DNA from: an uncultured Verrucomicrobiae bacterium
Lineage (GTDB): Bacteria; Verrucomicrobiota; Verrucomicrobiia; Chthoniobacterales; Chthoniobacteraceae
DNA length: 64,000 nt
Reading direction: 5' to 3'
Assembly (NCBI GenBank): GCA_963836755.1
Contig: CAWIKF010000002.1
Location: 128,001 to 192,000 of the forward strand
The translations under genes and the position numbers were made by a program. Below, in pieces: positions 35,222 through 46,400 of the stretch. The notes beneath the pieces are model-generated. The model did not search any database. It was not told the DNA's origin and saw only the letters and a program-made list of their open reading frames with translations. How positions within the stretch are numbered: the stretch's first letter is position 1; the number at the start of each line of letters is the position of its first letter.

Positions 35222-37897
35222 ATGAACCGATCATCTCACGGAAAAAGCCGCCGCGAATTTTTGCGAGACGTCGCCTGGGGCACCGCCGCGATCTCACTAT
35301 ACGGGTTCGGAAAAAACCGCGCTTCGGCGGCCGACGTGCCCGCAGCGGATTCCTCCGCGCCGGAAGCGACTGTTTCGTGGCTCGGAAAAAATGCGCCATT
35401 GGCTCCCGCGGAAGTGAGCTGGGGCGTGCCGTGGCCGCGCGGTGCGATGTCGAAGGGAACGGAGTTGGTCGTGCAAACGGTCGGCGGGCAACCAGTGCCA
35501 GCGCAAACCTGGCCGCTGGCATATTGGCCTGATGGCTCGCTGAAATGGTCGGGCTTCGCCATTGCCGCAGATCCAAATCTCGCGACTCCATTGACCGTGA
35601 AGGCTGGCAACGCCGAGGCGCCGCCGAAGGCTTTGACGGTGCAGCAAAGTGCGGGTGCGCTTGAGATTTCCACTGGCCCGCTCGTTTGCCGAATTTCATC
35701 GGGCGGCGCGAATATCGTCGACTCGATTGCGATCAATGGCACCGAGGTCGGCCGCGATGGCCACCTCATCGCCCTGCGCGAGGATCGCTCCCAATTCGCC
35801 TCGGTCGGCGTTCTTCGACAGGAAAAATTTGTGAGCCAGGTCAGCAAAGTTTCTGCGGAGCAAACGGGACCAGTCCGAGCCGTCGTCCGCATCGAAGGCA
35901 AACACGCCGGCGCGGATCCGACGCGCGAGTGGCTGCCTTTTGTCGTGCGTCTGTATTTTACCGTGGGCCTCAGCTCCGTGCGCATCGTCCATTCGTTCGT
36001 TTTTGACGGCGACGCGCAGACGGATTTCATCCGCGGGCTCGGCATCGCTTTTATCATCCCTTTTCGCGAGGAGCGTCAAAATCGGCACGTCCGCTTCGCG
36101 GCGGATGGCGATGGAGTTTGGGCGGAGCCGGTGATGATGAGTCCCGGATACCGCGCGGTGCTGGTAAAAGATGCGCTCGAGATGAACAAGGCGCAGCTGG
36201 CTGGCGAACGCATTCCCAACCTTGCCGCGCTGGGCGATAAAGCGAAGGCGCAGTTCGAGACAGTGGCGGTTTGGGATGGATTCAAGCTCACGCAACTCGA
36301 CCCGGATTCTTTTGCGATCAGCAAACGCACCGGCGCGGCGAGCTCGTGGCTGCACGTCCTCAATGGCCATCGTGCGCGCGGATTGGCTTTTCTCGGCGAT
36401 GTTTCCGGCGGCCTCGCGGTCGGCGGCAAACGCTTTTGGGAAAAGTATCCGGCTGCCTTGGAAATTGAAGGCGCTTCGTCGAAGACGGGCCAATTGACGA
36501 TGTGGTTTTGGTCGCCCGATGCGCCGGCGATGGACTTGCGGCACTACGACACTGTCGGCCACGACGGCGTGATCTCCTATGAAGATCACCAGGAAGGGTT
36601 CAGCACGCCGACGGGCGTTGCCAACACGCATGAGCTGACGCTTTGGGCGCTGGAAAATACGCCGCCGAACGCGCTCATCGCGACTCTCGCGAAAACGGCG
36701 AACGAGCCGGCGCTGCTGGTTTGCGAGCCGGAACGTTATCACTCCACTCGCACGCTTGGCATCTGGAGTTTGCCCGACCGCTCGACTCCAGACAAGGTGG
36801 CGATCGAGGATCAACTGGATCGCGCGTGGCGCTTTTACAAAGGCGAAATCGACCGCCGGCGCTGGTATGGCTTTTGGGATTTCGGCGATGTCATGCGGAC
36901 CTACAGCAGCACGCGCCACACGTGGCTTTACGACATTGGTGGACATGCCTGGAACAACACCGAACTGATGCCAAACGCATGGCTTTGGTTCAGCTTTTTG
37001 CGCACCGGCGATGCCGAACTTTTCCGCATGGCAGAGGACATGACGCGTAACACCACCGAGGTGGATGTCTACCACATGGGAAGATTCGCGGGACTAGGTT
37101 CGCGGCACAACGTGAGCCATTGGGGATGCGGCGCAAAGGAAGCGCGCATCAGCGAAGCATGGCTCAAACGCTTTTACTACTATCTCACCACGGATGAGCG
37201 GACGGGCGATCTGATGAAAGAAGTCCTCACGGTGGATGAGACGATCGCGCGGGTTCAGCCCTTGCGTGAAGAACTGGTAAGGCCTGAAGTCCCTGTGATT
37301 CTCCGCATAGGTCCTGACTGGCTTGCGCTCGCGAGCAATTGGATGACGGAGTGGGAACGCACCGGCAATGTGAAGTATCGCGACTACGTGCTCACCGGCA
37401 TGAAATGCATCGGGGCGATGCCCGAGGCGTTCATTACCCGCATGGCTTATAGCTATGACGTAAAGACGAAGACGTTGACTGATATCGGGCAACCAAATCT
37501 ACCGGCTGGTGAGTTCCTCGATCTCTTTGGAGGCGATCAGATCATGATGGAACTTATGCAACTGATTCCGTGCCCAGAATTTGTTACTGCATGGCATGAT
37601 CTGATCAAAAAATGGGGCGAAGATCCGAAGTGGAAGGGTTACACCAAGATGAGGATGATGGCATACGATGCGAATGTTACCCATAACGTAGCTCTCAAGG
37701 ACGAGGCGTGGAAGCTTCTCATGGAGAGCTTGACCGTAAAGGAGCATGAGCGCTTTCCAAAGTCGCCTCAGTTGATCGAAGGATCTGAAGTAGCCGAACC
37801 GGTGGAGGAAATCCTGCCGCTGGATACACCGGGCGTGTCGCAATGGGCGATCAATGTCCTCACCACGATGGAGCTCGTCCGCGAGTTCAAGCCTTAG
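35222..37897 (+). CDS. Tat-exported exo-rhamnogalacturonan lyase-like protein (PL26/YetA-like)
   Basis: SRREFL Tat motif; WGVPWPRG, WPDGSLKW, WYGFWDFGDVM, GSRHNVSHWGCGAKE. Confidence 0.75.
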   Translation: MNRSSHGKSRREFLRDVAWGTAAISLYGFGKNRASAADVPAADSSAPEATVSWLGKNAPLAPAEVSWGVPWPRGAMSKGTELVVQTVGGQPVPAQTWPLAYWPDGSLKWSGFAIAADPNLATPLTVKAGNAEAPPKALTVQQSAGALEISTGPLVCRISSGGANIVDSIAINGTEVGRDGHLIALREDRSQFASVGVLRQEKFVSQVSKVSAEQTGPVRAVVRIEGKHAGADPTREWLPFVVRLYFTVGLSSVRIVHSFVFDGDAQTDFIRGLGIAFIIPFREERQNRHVRFAADGDGVWAEPVMMSPGYRAVLVKDALEMNKAQLAGERIPNLAALGDKAKAQFETVAVWDGFKLTQLDPDSFAISKRTGAASSWLHVLNGHRARGLAFLGDVSGGLAVGGKRFWEKYPAALEIEGASSKTGQLTMWFWSPDAPAMDLRHYDTVGHDGVISYEDHQEGFSTPTGVANTHELTLWALENTPPNALIATLAKTANEPALLVCEPERYHSTRTLGIWSLPDRSTPDKVAIEDQLDRAWRFYKGEIDRRRWYGFWDFGDVMRTYSSTRHTWLYDIGGHAWNNTELMPNAWLWFSFLRTGDAELFRMAEDMTRNTTEVDVYHMGRFAGLGSRHNVSHWGCGAKEARISEAWLKRFYYYLTTDERTGDLMKEVLTVDETIARVQPLREELVRPEVPVILRIGPDWLALASNWMTEWERTGNVKYRDYVLTGMKCIGAMPEAFITRMAYSYDVKTKTLTDIGQPNLPAGEFLDLFGGDQIMMELMQLIPCPEFVTAWHDLIKKWGEDPKWKGYTKMRMMAYDANVTHNVALKDEAWKLLMESLTVKEHERFPKSPQLIEGSEVAEPVEEILPLDTPGVSQWAINVLTTMELVREFKP

Positions 37898-37913
37898 CTT
37901 TCGAGTAGTAACC

Positions 37914-40900
37914 ATGAAGGCCGGCATTCGAGTGGGACTCACAGCTGGACTACTTGCCATGTTATGTGGCCCGGCATTCGCCGGCAAACAGGGCCGGGTT
38001 AATCTACAGAACCTGGTAACTCCCATCTATTCCGTCGATGGTGATGCCTTCGTCCGTCACAATGGCGACCGTTACTCGAACCGTCCTCTCTATTGCAACC
38101 ACATCTACGCGGTAGTCTTGGCTGGCGACAAGCCTTACAGCGTCCTCGGCAGCGAGACAAACATCATGGGAAACCTCATGTTCGCTTTGATCCGCGACGG
38201 TCACGGCAAATGGTTGCAAGATGCTTCTGATATCACTTCAAAGTATCGGCCTGGACGCATGGAATGGATAGTCAAAGATAGCTCTTGGAGCGCGACCACG
38301 GCGCATCTTGAAGTAGTGCCGGCTGCCCGCGGACCAGGTCTCGCCGCGCATATTCGGATTCAGGATGCGCAACCGGGAGACAAGCTCGTCTGGGCCAGCG
38401 GCGGAGCTAGCATCGAGAAACAAAGCGTTCTTTGGGAATACGATATGACCAGCCAAAGCGGCAAACTCAGCTACCGCGGCTTTGACCCGGCGAGTTGTGA
38501 ACATAATGAGACCGCCGTGAATGGGAATTCGTGGACCGTGCAGGGGACTGGAAGTCTGCCCGTGGTGACGGGCCGCTGCAGCGTGGAGACGAAAATGTCG
38601 CTGGCCGACGCCGACGCTTGGAAAGATCCCGCGCTGCTCTTGACTACTCAAGGTTACTCAAGAGCGATAGCTTGTGGCTCGCTTCCAGTGCAGTCCAACC
38701 AAGACATCTACTGGAGTTTTCTCGGCCCCGATGCCGGAGTAGGCAACTCACCAGCAAAAGATTTCGCTGCGGGAAAGGAACGAGCACAAATGCTTGAAAG
38801 CAGAGCCGTCATCGACACTCCCGATCGATGGCTTAACGCAGCTTTCGCGGCATCATCGATTGTTGAGGATGCATGCTTTCGTGACGGAATTTATACCCAT
38901 TCCGGAATGCGCTGGAGCAAAGCTCTCATCGGCTGGCGCACAATCTTCGGCGGAACTGTTTTCGGCGCGCACGAAAACGTGAAGACGCAAGCAGCTTACT
39001 GTTTGGGGAAGCAAATCAAAGACTCCGATCGGACTTCCGCGCAGGCTGATCCTAAGTTGGGATTAACTCGTCAATCCCCGCAATCGCGCCTCTTCGGCAA
39101 AGGCCGGGTCGATGTTTATAATCCTCCGCACTATGACATGCAGACGCAGTTCTTTGACCAACTCGAACACGCGTGGCGCTGGACTGGCGACAAAACTCTC
39201 GAGAAGCTACTTCGACCCGCGCTGGATCTACACTGCGAATACTTGAAGGACTGCTTTGATCCCGCTGGCTTGGGCATCTATGAAAGCTATGCGAATACTT
39301 GGCCGACCGACGACCAATGGTATAACGGTGGCGGCACTTCGGAAGAAACAGCTTATGCCTATCAAGCCGAACTCACTGCGTTTCAGCTTTCAAAGCGCGT
39401 CGGCGATGAGGCGGCGGCTGCTCTGCACCAGGTGGCCATCGAGCGCATTCGCAAAGGATTCTTCGACCTACTGTGGAATCCGGCGACTGGCTATCCCGGT
39501 GCCTACCGCGAACAAGAGGGTCTCAAACGACTGCATCAAAGTTGCTGGCTCTATGCCATCTTTTGCCCAATCGACGCGGGCCTTCTGACTACTGAACAAT
39601 CGGCAGAAGCTCTTTATTATACCGAATGGGGACTGGAGCGAATGAAGGTGCCTTACGGCGGCGAACAATGCTGGCCGTCGAACTGGGTCCCTTCGATTTG
39701 GTCGGTGAGAGAGATGTGGTCGGGCGATGACTACCACTTAGCTCTGGCATACTTGCAGACCGGGCTGCCGGACGAAGCGTGGAAAATCTTTCATGGCATG
39801 TTTCCGCAGCAGTTGCTCTTCGGGCCGGTTCCTGGCGACATGGGCAATCCTGCTGGCGGGACTGATTTCAATGACTGCAACAGCATGTTCGCACGAACGA
39901 TTGTCGAAGGTATGTTTGGCTACCGGCCCGACTATCCGAATGGTGTGGTAAAAGTAGCGCCGCAGCTTCCGAGCGACTGGGACCATGCTTCCATTCGAAC
40001 GCCTGACATGTCTATAAGCTATGAACGCAGCGGTATGTCAACAAGCTGCGCGATCACTCTCGCCCACGACTGTGCGATGGAAGTCGAGTTACCAGTTTGC
40101 ACTCATGAAGTCACACAAGTGACAGTAGACGGGAAGCCGGCGAAGTGGGAGCTATTGCCGGGCTTCGGTCGGAGCTTGGTGAAGGTAGAGATACCTTCCG
40201 CCAATGCCATCAAGGTGGAAGTAACCGCGAAGGACTCCTTGAAGAAAGCGCCCTCGATCGCTTTGTCCGGCAACACGGGCGACGTGGTTACGCTTAGAGA
40301 CCAGATGGGAAAGATAGTGGATTTTCACGACCCAGAAGGCGTCCTCAGTAATGCCAAGCTTACGAGCGATGCTATCACTGGCACACTTACTTCCAACGCT
40401 GGCTATCATCTCGTCTTCGGATTGAGCCAGGTAGGAGAGACTCGGCAATGGAAGATGTTTAAAATCCACGTGACGGATGCAAAGGCGGATGCAGCACTGG
40501 CTGCCAGCACTGAGGTAAATGTGCCAAAGGATGCGCAATGGGACCAAGTCAACGTGCAATCTTCCTTTAATGGTGACATCCGCACGATCTATGAGCAGCA
40601 GTATCTTTCTCCTCGCCCGAATACCTGCTCACTGCGGCTCGCGACCGATGGTTACTCTACCTGGCAGATGGCTTTGGGCGGCCCTTTGCATCCACCGAAG
40701 ATTACTCTCGATAACGTGCCGAAGCTGTCGGATAACTCCGGCCATGTCCTTGCGGAGAACGGCGTCCCTTTTCCCGTCCCAAGTGAGACCAATAACATCG
40801 CATTTACCTCTCGATGGGATAACTGGCCGCGTCAGGTGGAAGTTCCCGTTCATAAGAGTGGCGACGCCATCTGGTTTCTGTTGTGCGGTTCCACCAATCC

Positions 40901-41216
40901 GATGGAGGTGCGCATTCCTAATGCGGAATTGCGAATGAAATATGCAGACGGTAAGGTAGAAAGACTGGAGATCACTCCACCATTCAACTTCTGGTCGCTT
41001 TGTCCCTTTGGCGGCAATGACTATGACTATGTGCGCGATGCATTCGCTTTGCCCAAAGTCCCGCCGATGACGATGCAGCTTGGCAAGAACTGCCGCGGCA
41101 TTGTTCTCGGCTGGCGGTTGCGGCCGGGAGTAGCATTGGAAAGTGTCACGCTCGAAACTTTGTCGGAGCAGGTAGTCATAGGTCTCATGGGTGCCACTGT
41201 GATGAATCCAAAGTAG
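37914..41216 (+). CDS. Large exported DUF4450-like putative glycoside-active protein
   Basis: Signal peptide; NRPLY N-terminal motif; (alpha/alpha)6-like core (YDMQ, YESYANTW); NIAFTSRWDNWP. Confidence 0.65.
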   Translation: MKAGIRVGLTAGLLAMLCGPAFAGKQGRVNLQNLVTPIYSVDGDAFVRHNGDRYSNRPLYCNHIYAVVLAGDKPYSVLGSETNIMGNLMFALIRDGHGKWLQDASDITSKYRPGRMEWIVKDSSWSATTAHLEVVPAARGPGLAAHIRIQDAQPGDKLVWASGGASIEKQSVLWEYDMTSQSGKLSYRGFDPASCEHNETAVNGNSWTVQGTGSLPVVTGRCSVETKMSLADADAWKDPALLLTTQGYSRAIACGSLPVQSNQDIYWSFLGPDAGVGNSPAKDFAAGKERAQMLESRAVIDTPDRWLNAAFAASSIVEDACFRDGIYTHSGMRWSKALIGWRTIFGGTVFGAHENVKTQAAYCLGKQIKDSDRTSAQADPKLGLTRQSPQSRLFGKGRVDVYNPPHYDMQTQFFDQLEHAWRWTGDKTLEKLLRPALDLHCEYLKDCFDPAGLGIYESYANTWPTDDQWYNGGGTSEETAYAYQAELTAFQLSKRVGDEAAAALHQVAIERIRKGFFDLLWNPATGYPGAYREQEGLKRLHQSCWLYAIFCPIDAGLLTTEQSAEALYYTEWGLERMKVPYGGEQCWPSNWVPSIWSVREMWSGDDYHLALAYLQTGLPDEAWKIFHGMFPQQLLFGPVPGDMGNPAGGTDFNDCNSMFARTIVEGMFGYRPDYPNGVVKVAPQLPSDWDHASIRTPDMSISYERSGMSTSCAITLAHDCAMEVELPVCTHEVTQVTVDGKPAKWELLPGFGRSLVKVEIPSANAIKVEVTAKDSLKKAPSIALSGNTGDVVTLRDQMGKIVDFHDPEGVLSNAKLTSDAITGTLTSNAGYHLVFGLSQVGETRQWKMFKIHVTDAKADAALAASTEVNVPKDAQWDQVNVQSSFNGDIRTIYEQQYLSPRPNTCSLRLATDGYSTWQMALGGPLHPPKITLDNVPKLSDNSGHVLAENGVPFPVPSETNNIAFTSRWDNWPRQVEVPVHKSGDAIWFLLCGSTNPMEVRIPNAELRMKYADGKVERLEITPPFNFWSLCPFGGNDYDYVRDAFALPKVPPMTMQLGKNCRGIVLGWRLRPGVALESVTLETLSEQVVIGLMGATVMNPK

Positions 41217-41269
41217 CGCCCGCTTGAACTTTGACGCCACACGAAACCTGCTCGACCTGACATACGCTT

Positions 41270-42286
41270 TTGAGAGCTTTGTATCTAAAGGAGCCAGGAT
41301 CGCTGGAGTGGCAGGAGATTCCGATTCCCGTAGTCGCGGACGGTGAAGCGCTCGTTCGGGTGCGCAGATGCGGCGTCTGCGGCACGGATATTCACGCGCT
41401 TGCCGGCAGACAACCTTTTTTCAATTACCCACGGCGTCTGGGACATGAGCTATGCGTCGAAGTCATAGAAGCGCCGGCGGCGAGCAAACTTTCTCCGGGG
41501 GACTTATGTGCGGTCGAAGCTTATTACTTTTGCGGCGTTTGCGCCGCGTGCCGCTCGGGAAAAACCAATTGCTGCAAGCAACTGCAAGTCCTCGGCGTGC
41601 ACCTCGACGGTGGCCACGCACCGTTCATCGCGGTTCCGGCGGAGAAATTGCACGGTGCGAAGTCATTGAGCGTCGAGCAGATCGCGCTGGTTGAGCCGCT
41701 GGTGATCGGAGCGCATGGCGTGGAGCGCGCGGCGCCCAAGGCCGGCGAGCCGACGGCGATCATCGGACTGGGCCCGATCGGACTGGCTGCCGCCATCTTT
41801 GCAAAGGCCGCGGGCGCGAATGTGGCATGCGTGGATACTCAACCAGAGCGGCTGGATTTCGCCGCGCAAGAAATGCAACTCGGCCAGCCGTTCCGCGCCG
41901 GAGAAAACCTCGCGAAGCAATTGCAAAAATATTTCGGCCAGCTTCCCTCGCTGGTCATCGATGCAACCGGAAATGCCGCGTCGATGAGAGGAACTTTCGA
42001 ACTTACCGAACATGGCGGGCGCATCGTTTTTCTCGGGCTTTTCAGCGGCGAAATAACTTTTGATGATCCGAATTTTCACCGCCGCGAATTGACGCTGATG
42101 GCGAGCCGCGCCGGATTGAGTGGAAGTTTTCGCGATGTGATCCGATTGCTCGAAAAAGGTGCGATCGATGCGCTGCCGCTGATCACGCACCGTTTCGATT
42201 TTGCCGAGGCGGCGGAGCGCTTGCCCGACATTCATCGCGAGCCAGGATTGGTGAAAGCAATGATCGATTTCGACGAAGCCGCATGA
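41270..42286 (+). CDS. Zinc-dependent sugar-acid dehydrogenase (MDR family, LgoD/YjjN-like)
   Basis: CGTD, GHE, CGVCAACRSGKTNCC, GLGPIG, FHRRELTLMASR. Confidence 0.85.
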   Translation: MRALYLKEPGSLEWQEIPIPVVADGEALVRVRRCGVCGTDIHALAGRQPFFNYPRRLGHELCVEVIEAPAASKLSPGDLCAVEAYYFCGVCAACRSGKTNCCKQLQVLGVHLDGGHAPFIAVPAEKLHGAKSLSVEQIALVEPLVIGAHGVERAAPKAGEPTAIIGLGPIGLAAAIFAKAAGANVACVDTQPERLDFAAQEMQLGQPFRAGENLAKQLQKYFGQLPSLVIDATGNAASMRGTFELTEHGGRIVFLGLFSGEITFDDPNFHRRELTLMASRAGLSGSFRDVIRLLEKGAIDALPLITHRFDFAEAAERLPDIHREPGLVKAMIDFDEAA

Positions 42287-43395
42287 AAATTACAAAGCTG
42301 GAGCCAATCATCCTGCACGCGCCGGTGACGCGCGGCGGCATCGCCGACAGCACGCACGCGCTGACGCATTGGGGCGCGCCGGGCGTTGCGATTCATGCGG
42401 ACAACGGCCTCATCGGCTACGGATTTTCCGGCACGCACGCGCACTTGCCGACCGACCGGCTCATCGTCGATTGCATCGTGGAAAGCTACGGGCCGCTACT
42501 CGTCGGCGAGGACCCGCGTGAAGTGCGTGCGCTTTGGGAAAAAATGTTCCGGCGTTCCGAAATTTTCTGGGTCGGCCGCGCTGGCATCACGCATCTCGCG
42601 CTCGGCGCGATCGATATTGCGCTTTGGGATTTGAAAGCGAAGGACGCAGGACTGCCGCTCTGGAAATTGCTCGGCGGCAGCGCCGCGAAAAAGGTCGAGG
42701 CTTACAACACCGACGGCGGCTGGTTGAACTGGTCGCGCGAAACGCTGGTTTCCGACTGCAAGCGCATGGTCGAGGAAGAAGGCTATCGCGCAGTGAAGCT
42801 GAAAATGGGCGGACCCGATCCGCAGGAAGATTTACGGCGGGTCGAGGCGGTTCGCACGGCTCTCGGGCCCGACATTCGCATCATGACAGATGCCAATGGC
42901 CGTTGGACTTTGCCGCAGGCGATGCAAATCGCCAGCAGGCTCACGGACTTCGATATCGCATGGATCGAAGAGCCGCTTTATTTCGATGATCTGGAAGGCC
43001 ATCGGCGGCTGGCTGAAAAAATCGGGACGCCGATCGCGCTCGGCGAGCAGCTTTACATGGCGTCGCAGTTCCGCGATTTCCTCCACGCGGGAGCGGTGCA
43101 TTATGTGCAGCCGGATGTGGTTCGTCTCGCCGGTATCACGGAATTTTGGCAGGTTGCTGACCTTGCGCAATGCCATCATCTGCCCGTCGCGCCGCACGTC
43201 GGCGATATGGCACAGGTTCATCAACATCTTTGTTTCGCACATCCGGCCTGCACGCTGCTCGAATACATTCCGTGGCTGCGAGACTGGATGGAATTTCCAG
43301 CGAAAATCGAAAACGGTTTCCATGTGGCTCCCGAGGAACCCGGCGCGGGCATGACTCCCAGCCGCAAAGCCCTTGACGAAATCAACCGGATTTAA
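42283..43395 (+). CDS. Mandelate racemase/muconate lactonizing enzyme family (probable acid-sugar dehydratase)
   Basis: AIDIALWDL, KLK, DAN, EEP, GE, QPDV, PH. Confidence 0.9.
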   Translation: MKITKLEPIILHAPVTRGGIADSTHALTHWGAPGVAIHADNGLIGYGFSGTHAHLPTDRLIVDCIVESYGPLLVGEDPREVRALWEKMFRRSEIFWVGRAGITHLALGAIDIALWDLKAKDAGLPLWKLLGGSAAKKVEAYNTDGGWLNWSRETLVSDCKRMVEEEGYRAVKLKMGGPDPQEDLRRVEAVRTALGPDIRIMTDANGRWTLPQAMQIASRLTDFDIAWIEEPLYFDDLEGHRRLAEKIGTPIALGEQLYMASQFRDFLHAGAVHYVQPDVVRLAGITEFWQVADLAQCHHLPVAPHVGDMAQVHQHLCFAHPACTLLEYIPWLRDWMEFPAKIENGFHVAPEEPGAGMTPSRKALDEINRI

Positions 43396-43413
43396 AACGA
43401 TTCCTTCCTCTTT

Positions 43414-46400
43414 ATGATGCAAAAAATGATGCGCGTCGCATGCGTTGCTCTTTCTGCGATTTGCGCGACGTCCCCCGCCAAGGAACCTGCCGATAAGCTG
43501 GCAGATCAGTTCATTCACCCGCCGGAGTCCGCAAAGCCGTGGACTTGGTGGCACTGGATCAGCGGCAATGTTTCCAAGGAAGGGATCACTGCGGACCTCG
43601 AGGCGATGAAAGAAATCGGACTCGGCGGAGCGCAGATTTTTACGGTCGATCAAAGCGACGTGAGAGGGCCGATCAAGTTCATGAGCCCGGAATGGCGGGC
43701 GCTCGTGAAGCACGCACTCGCGGAAGCGAAGCGGCTGCATCTCACCATTTCCATGGAAGGGTGCGACGGCTGGAGCGAGTCGGGCGGGCCATGGGTGACG
43801 CCGGCCGAATCGATGCAAAAAGTTGTCTGGTCGGAGCGGCAAGTGACCGGTGGGACGAAGGTTCCGCTCGATCTGCCGCAGCCGACGACATTGCGTGATT
43901 TCTACGAAGACATCGCGCTCTATGCGTTTCCCGCGCTGGAGAGTCCGGCGCAAATGGCCTCGGCAAAAGTCACGGCGAGCGATCCGAACTTTGACGGAAC
44001 AAAAATTCTTACGGCTGAAGGACACCCTGCGCCGCTGAATTTCGACACCCCCGACGCGCCGGCGTGGATCCAGCTCGAATTTCCAAAAGCCGCGACTTTT
44101 TCTTCGGTGCGTCTTTTGGCCAATCGTGAAAGGCCTCCGACCGCGTGGGAAGTGCAGGCGAGCGACAACGGCACGCAATTCACAAAAATCTCCGCGGTGC
44201 AGGCAGGCGGCAGCGCGATTTTCGCGCCGGCGACCGCGCGTTTCTTCCGCGTCTGGCGGCCGAACGCTCCCAAAAATGTCGCGCACTTCGCGGTGACGAG
44301 TTTAACTTTTAGCCGAGTGCCAGCCGGCAAGCTCGAAACACTCTCCGGCATGAGTTCGTCCATCGACGCGACGCAGTTTGTGGAGGCAACCGTTCCGGAC
44401 AGCGACAAAATCGACCCGAAGTCGCTCGTGAATTTAACGGGCAAGCACGAGTGGGACGCGCCGGCTGGCGCGTGGACTTTGATTCGCATCGGCCACACTT
44501 CGACTGGCGCGACGACGCATCCTTCTACCGCCGCGGGTTTGGAATGCAATAAACTCAGCGCCACGGCGGTGACGCATCATATCGAAAATATGTTCGGGCC
44601 CGTCTTCGCCGATTCGCCGGGCCTGGTTGGCGATCCATTGCACTACATCCTTCTCGATAGCTGGGAAGCCGGCTGCGAAAATTGGACACCGAAGATGGCA
44701 GCCGATTTCCAAAAACGGCGCGGTTACGACCTGACGCAGTGGCTGCCGGCGCTGGCTGGAAAAGTCGTTGGCTCATGGGAAAAGACGCAGCGTTTTCTTT
44801 GGGATTACCGCCGGACTTTGGCCGACCTCGTGGCCGAGGAGCATTACGAAACGATCCAAAATTTTGCGCATCAACACCAGATGGGCCTCGCGTCGGAAGC
44901 TACTGGCGATGGGATGCCGACGGTAGCCGATCAATTGCTTTGCAAGAAATATACGGATATTCCGATGGGCGAATTTTGGGTAAACGCTACCCGCGAAACC
45001 AACATCGACGATCCGAAGGAGGCCGCATGCGCCGCGCATATTTACGGGCAAAATGTCGCCGGTGCGGAATCGTTCACCTCCGTCCCAAATACGGCGGCGT
45101 GGAAAAACGATCCCTACTCGCTGAAGGCGCTGGGGGACGAGGAATTTTGCGTCGGCATCAATCGCTTCATTTTTCACCGCTATGCGCACCAGCCTTGGCT
45201 CGATCGCGTGCCGGGAATGTCGATGGGGCCATGGGGCATCAATTTTGAGCGGACGAACACCTGGTGGGAACCGGGCGCCGCTTGGATCAGTTACATCACC
45301 CGCTGCCAAAATCTGCTGCAGTTGGGGAAATTTCAGGCGGATCTTTGTTACTTTTACGGCGAAGGCGTGCCGATTCGTGTGCATCACAAGGCGCTCAATC
45401 CGCCGCTGCCCGCGGGATACGATTACGACGTTTGCAACGCCGATGTATTGTTGCATTCCATGACGGTCGAGAACGGCCTCATTAAGCTGGCGAGCGGGAT
45501 GACTTATCGCGCACTCGTCCTTCCGGCCACGGATCGGATGACGTTGCCAGTGCTTAAAAAAATCGAGTCTCTCGTGAAGGCAGGCGCGACGATCTATGGG
45601 CAGAAGCCGTTGCATTCGCCGACTCTCAGCGGCGGCGATCAAGATGCGGCTCTGGGAAAATTGGCGAACGAAATCTGGGGCGCGTGCGATGGCACGACGG
45701 TGACGGAAAATGTGTGCGGGAAGGGCAAAATCGTTTGCGGCGAGCCACTGGAAAAAGTGCTGCAAGTCGGCCCCGATTTTTCCTTCGCGCAGGGCGATTT
45801 TCTTTTCATCCATCGCAAGATTGGCGATGCGGATGTTTATTTTGTCTCCAATCAACAGCCGCAGGAAATCACGACGGAACTGACCTTTCGTGTCGCTGGC
45901 AAAATTCCAGAACTTTGGCATCCCGATTCCGCGAGCGAACAAACGGCGGCTCTTTTCAAGTCTGACAAGTCGACGACGACTTTGCCGCTGCACTTTGATC
46001 CGACAGGCTCGATGTTCGTAATCTTTCGCCACAACGCGCCAGCATCGGCGCCGATGCCGGAGCTGAAGCTGGATGGCGCAAAAGTTTGGGCGGATAATGA
46101 TTCTCCGCCGACGACTCTGCCTTCGCTGAACAAAGGCGCAGTCGAGTTTGATGCTTTTAAAAATGGGACTTACGAGCTGAGCAACGGATCGCAAAGCCGC
46201 GATGCGGTCGTGAAATCACTGCCAAAACCGCTGGAGTTATCCGGCCCGTGGAACGTGATTTTCCCGCCGAAGCTCGGCGCGCCCGCGAGCGCCAGCTTTG
46301 ATCATCTCATCTCGTGGACGGAGTCGCCAGAAGATGGCGTGAAGTATTTTTCCGGGACCGCAACTTACCAAAAAGATTTCTCAGTCTCGTCCGATTACGT

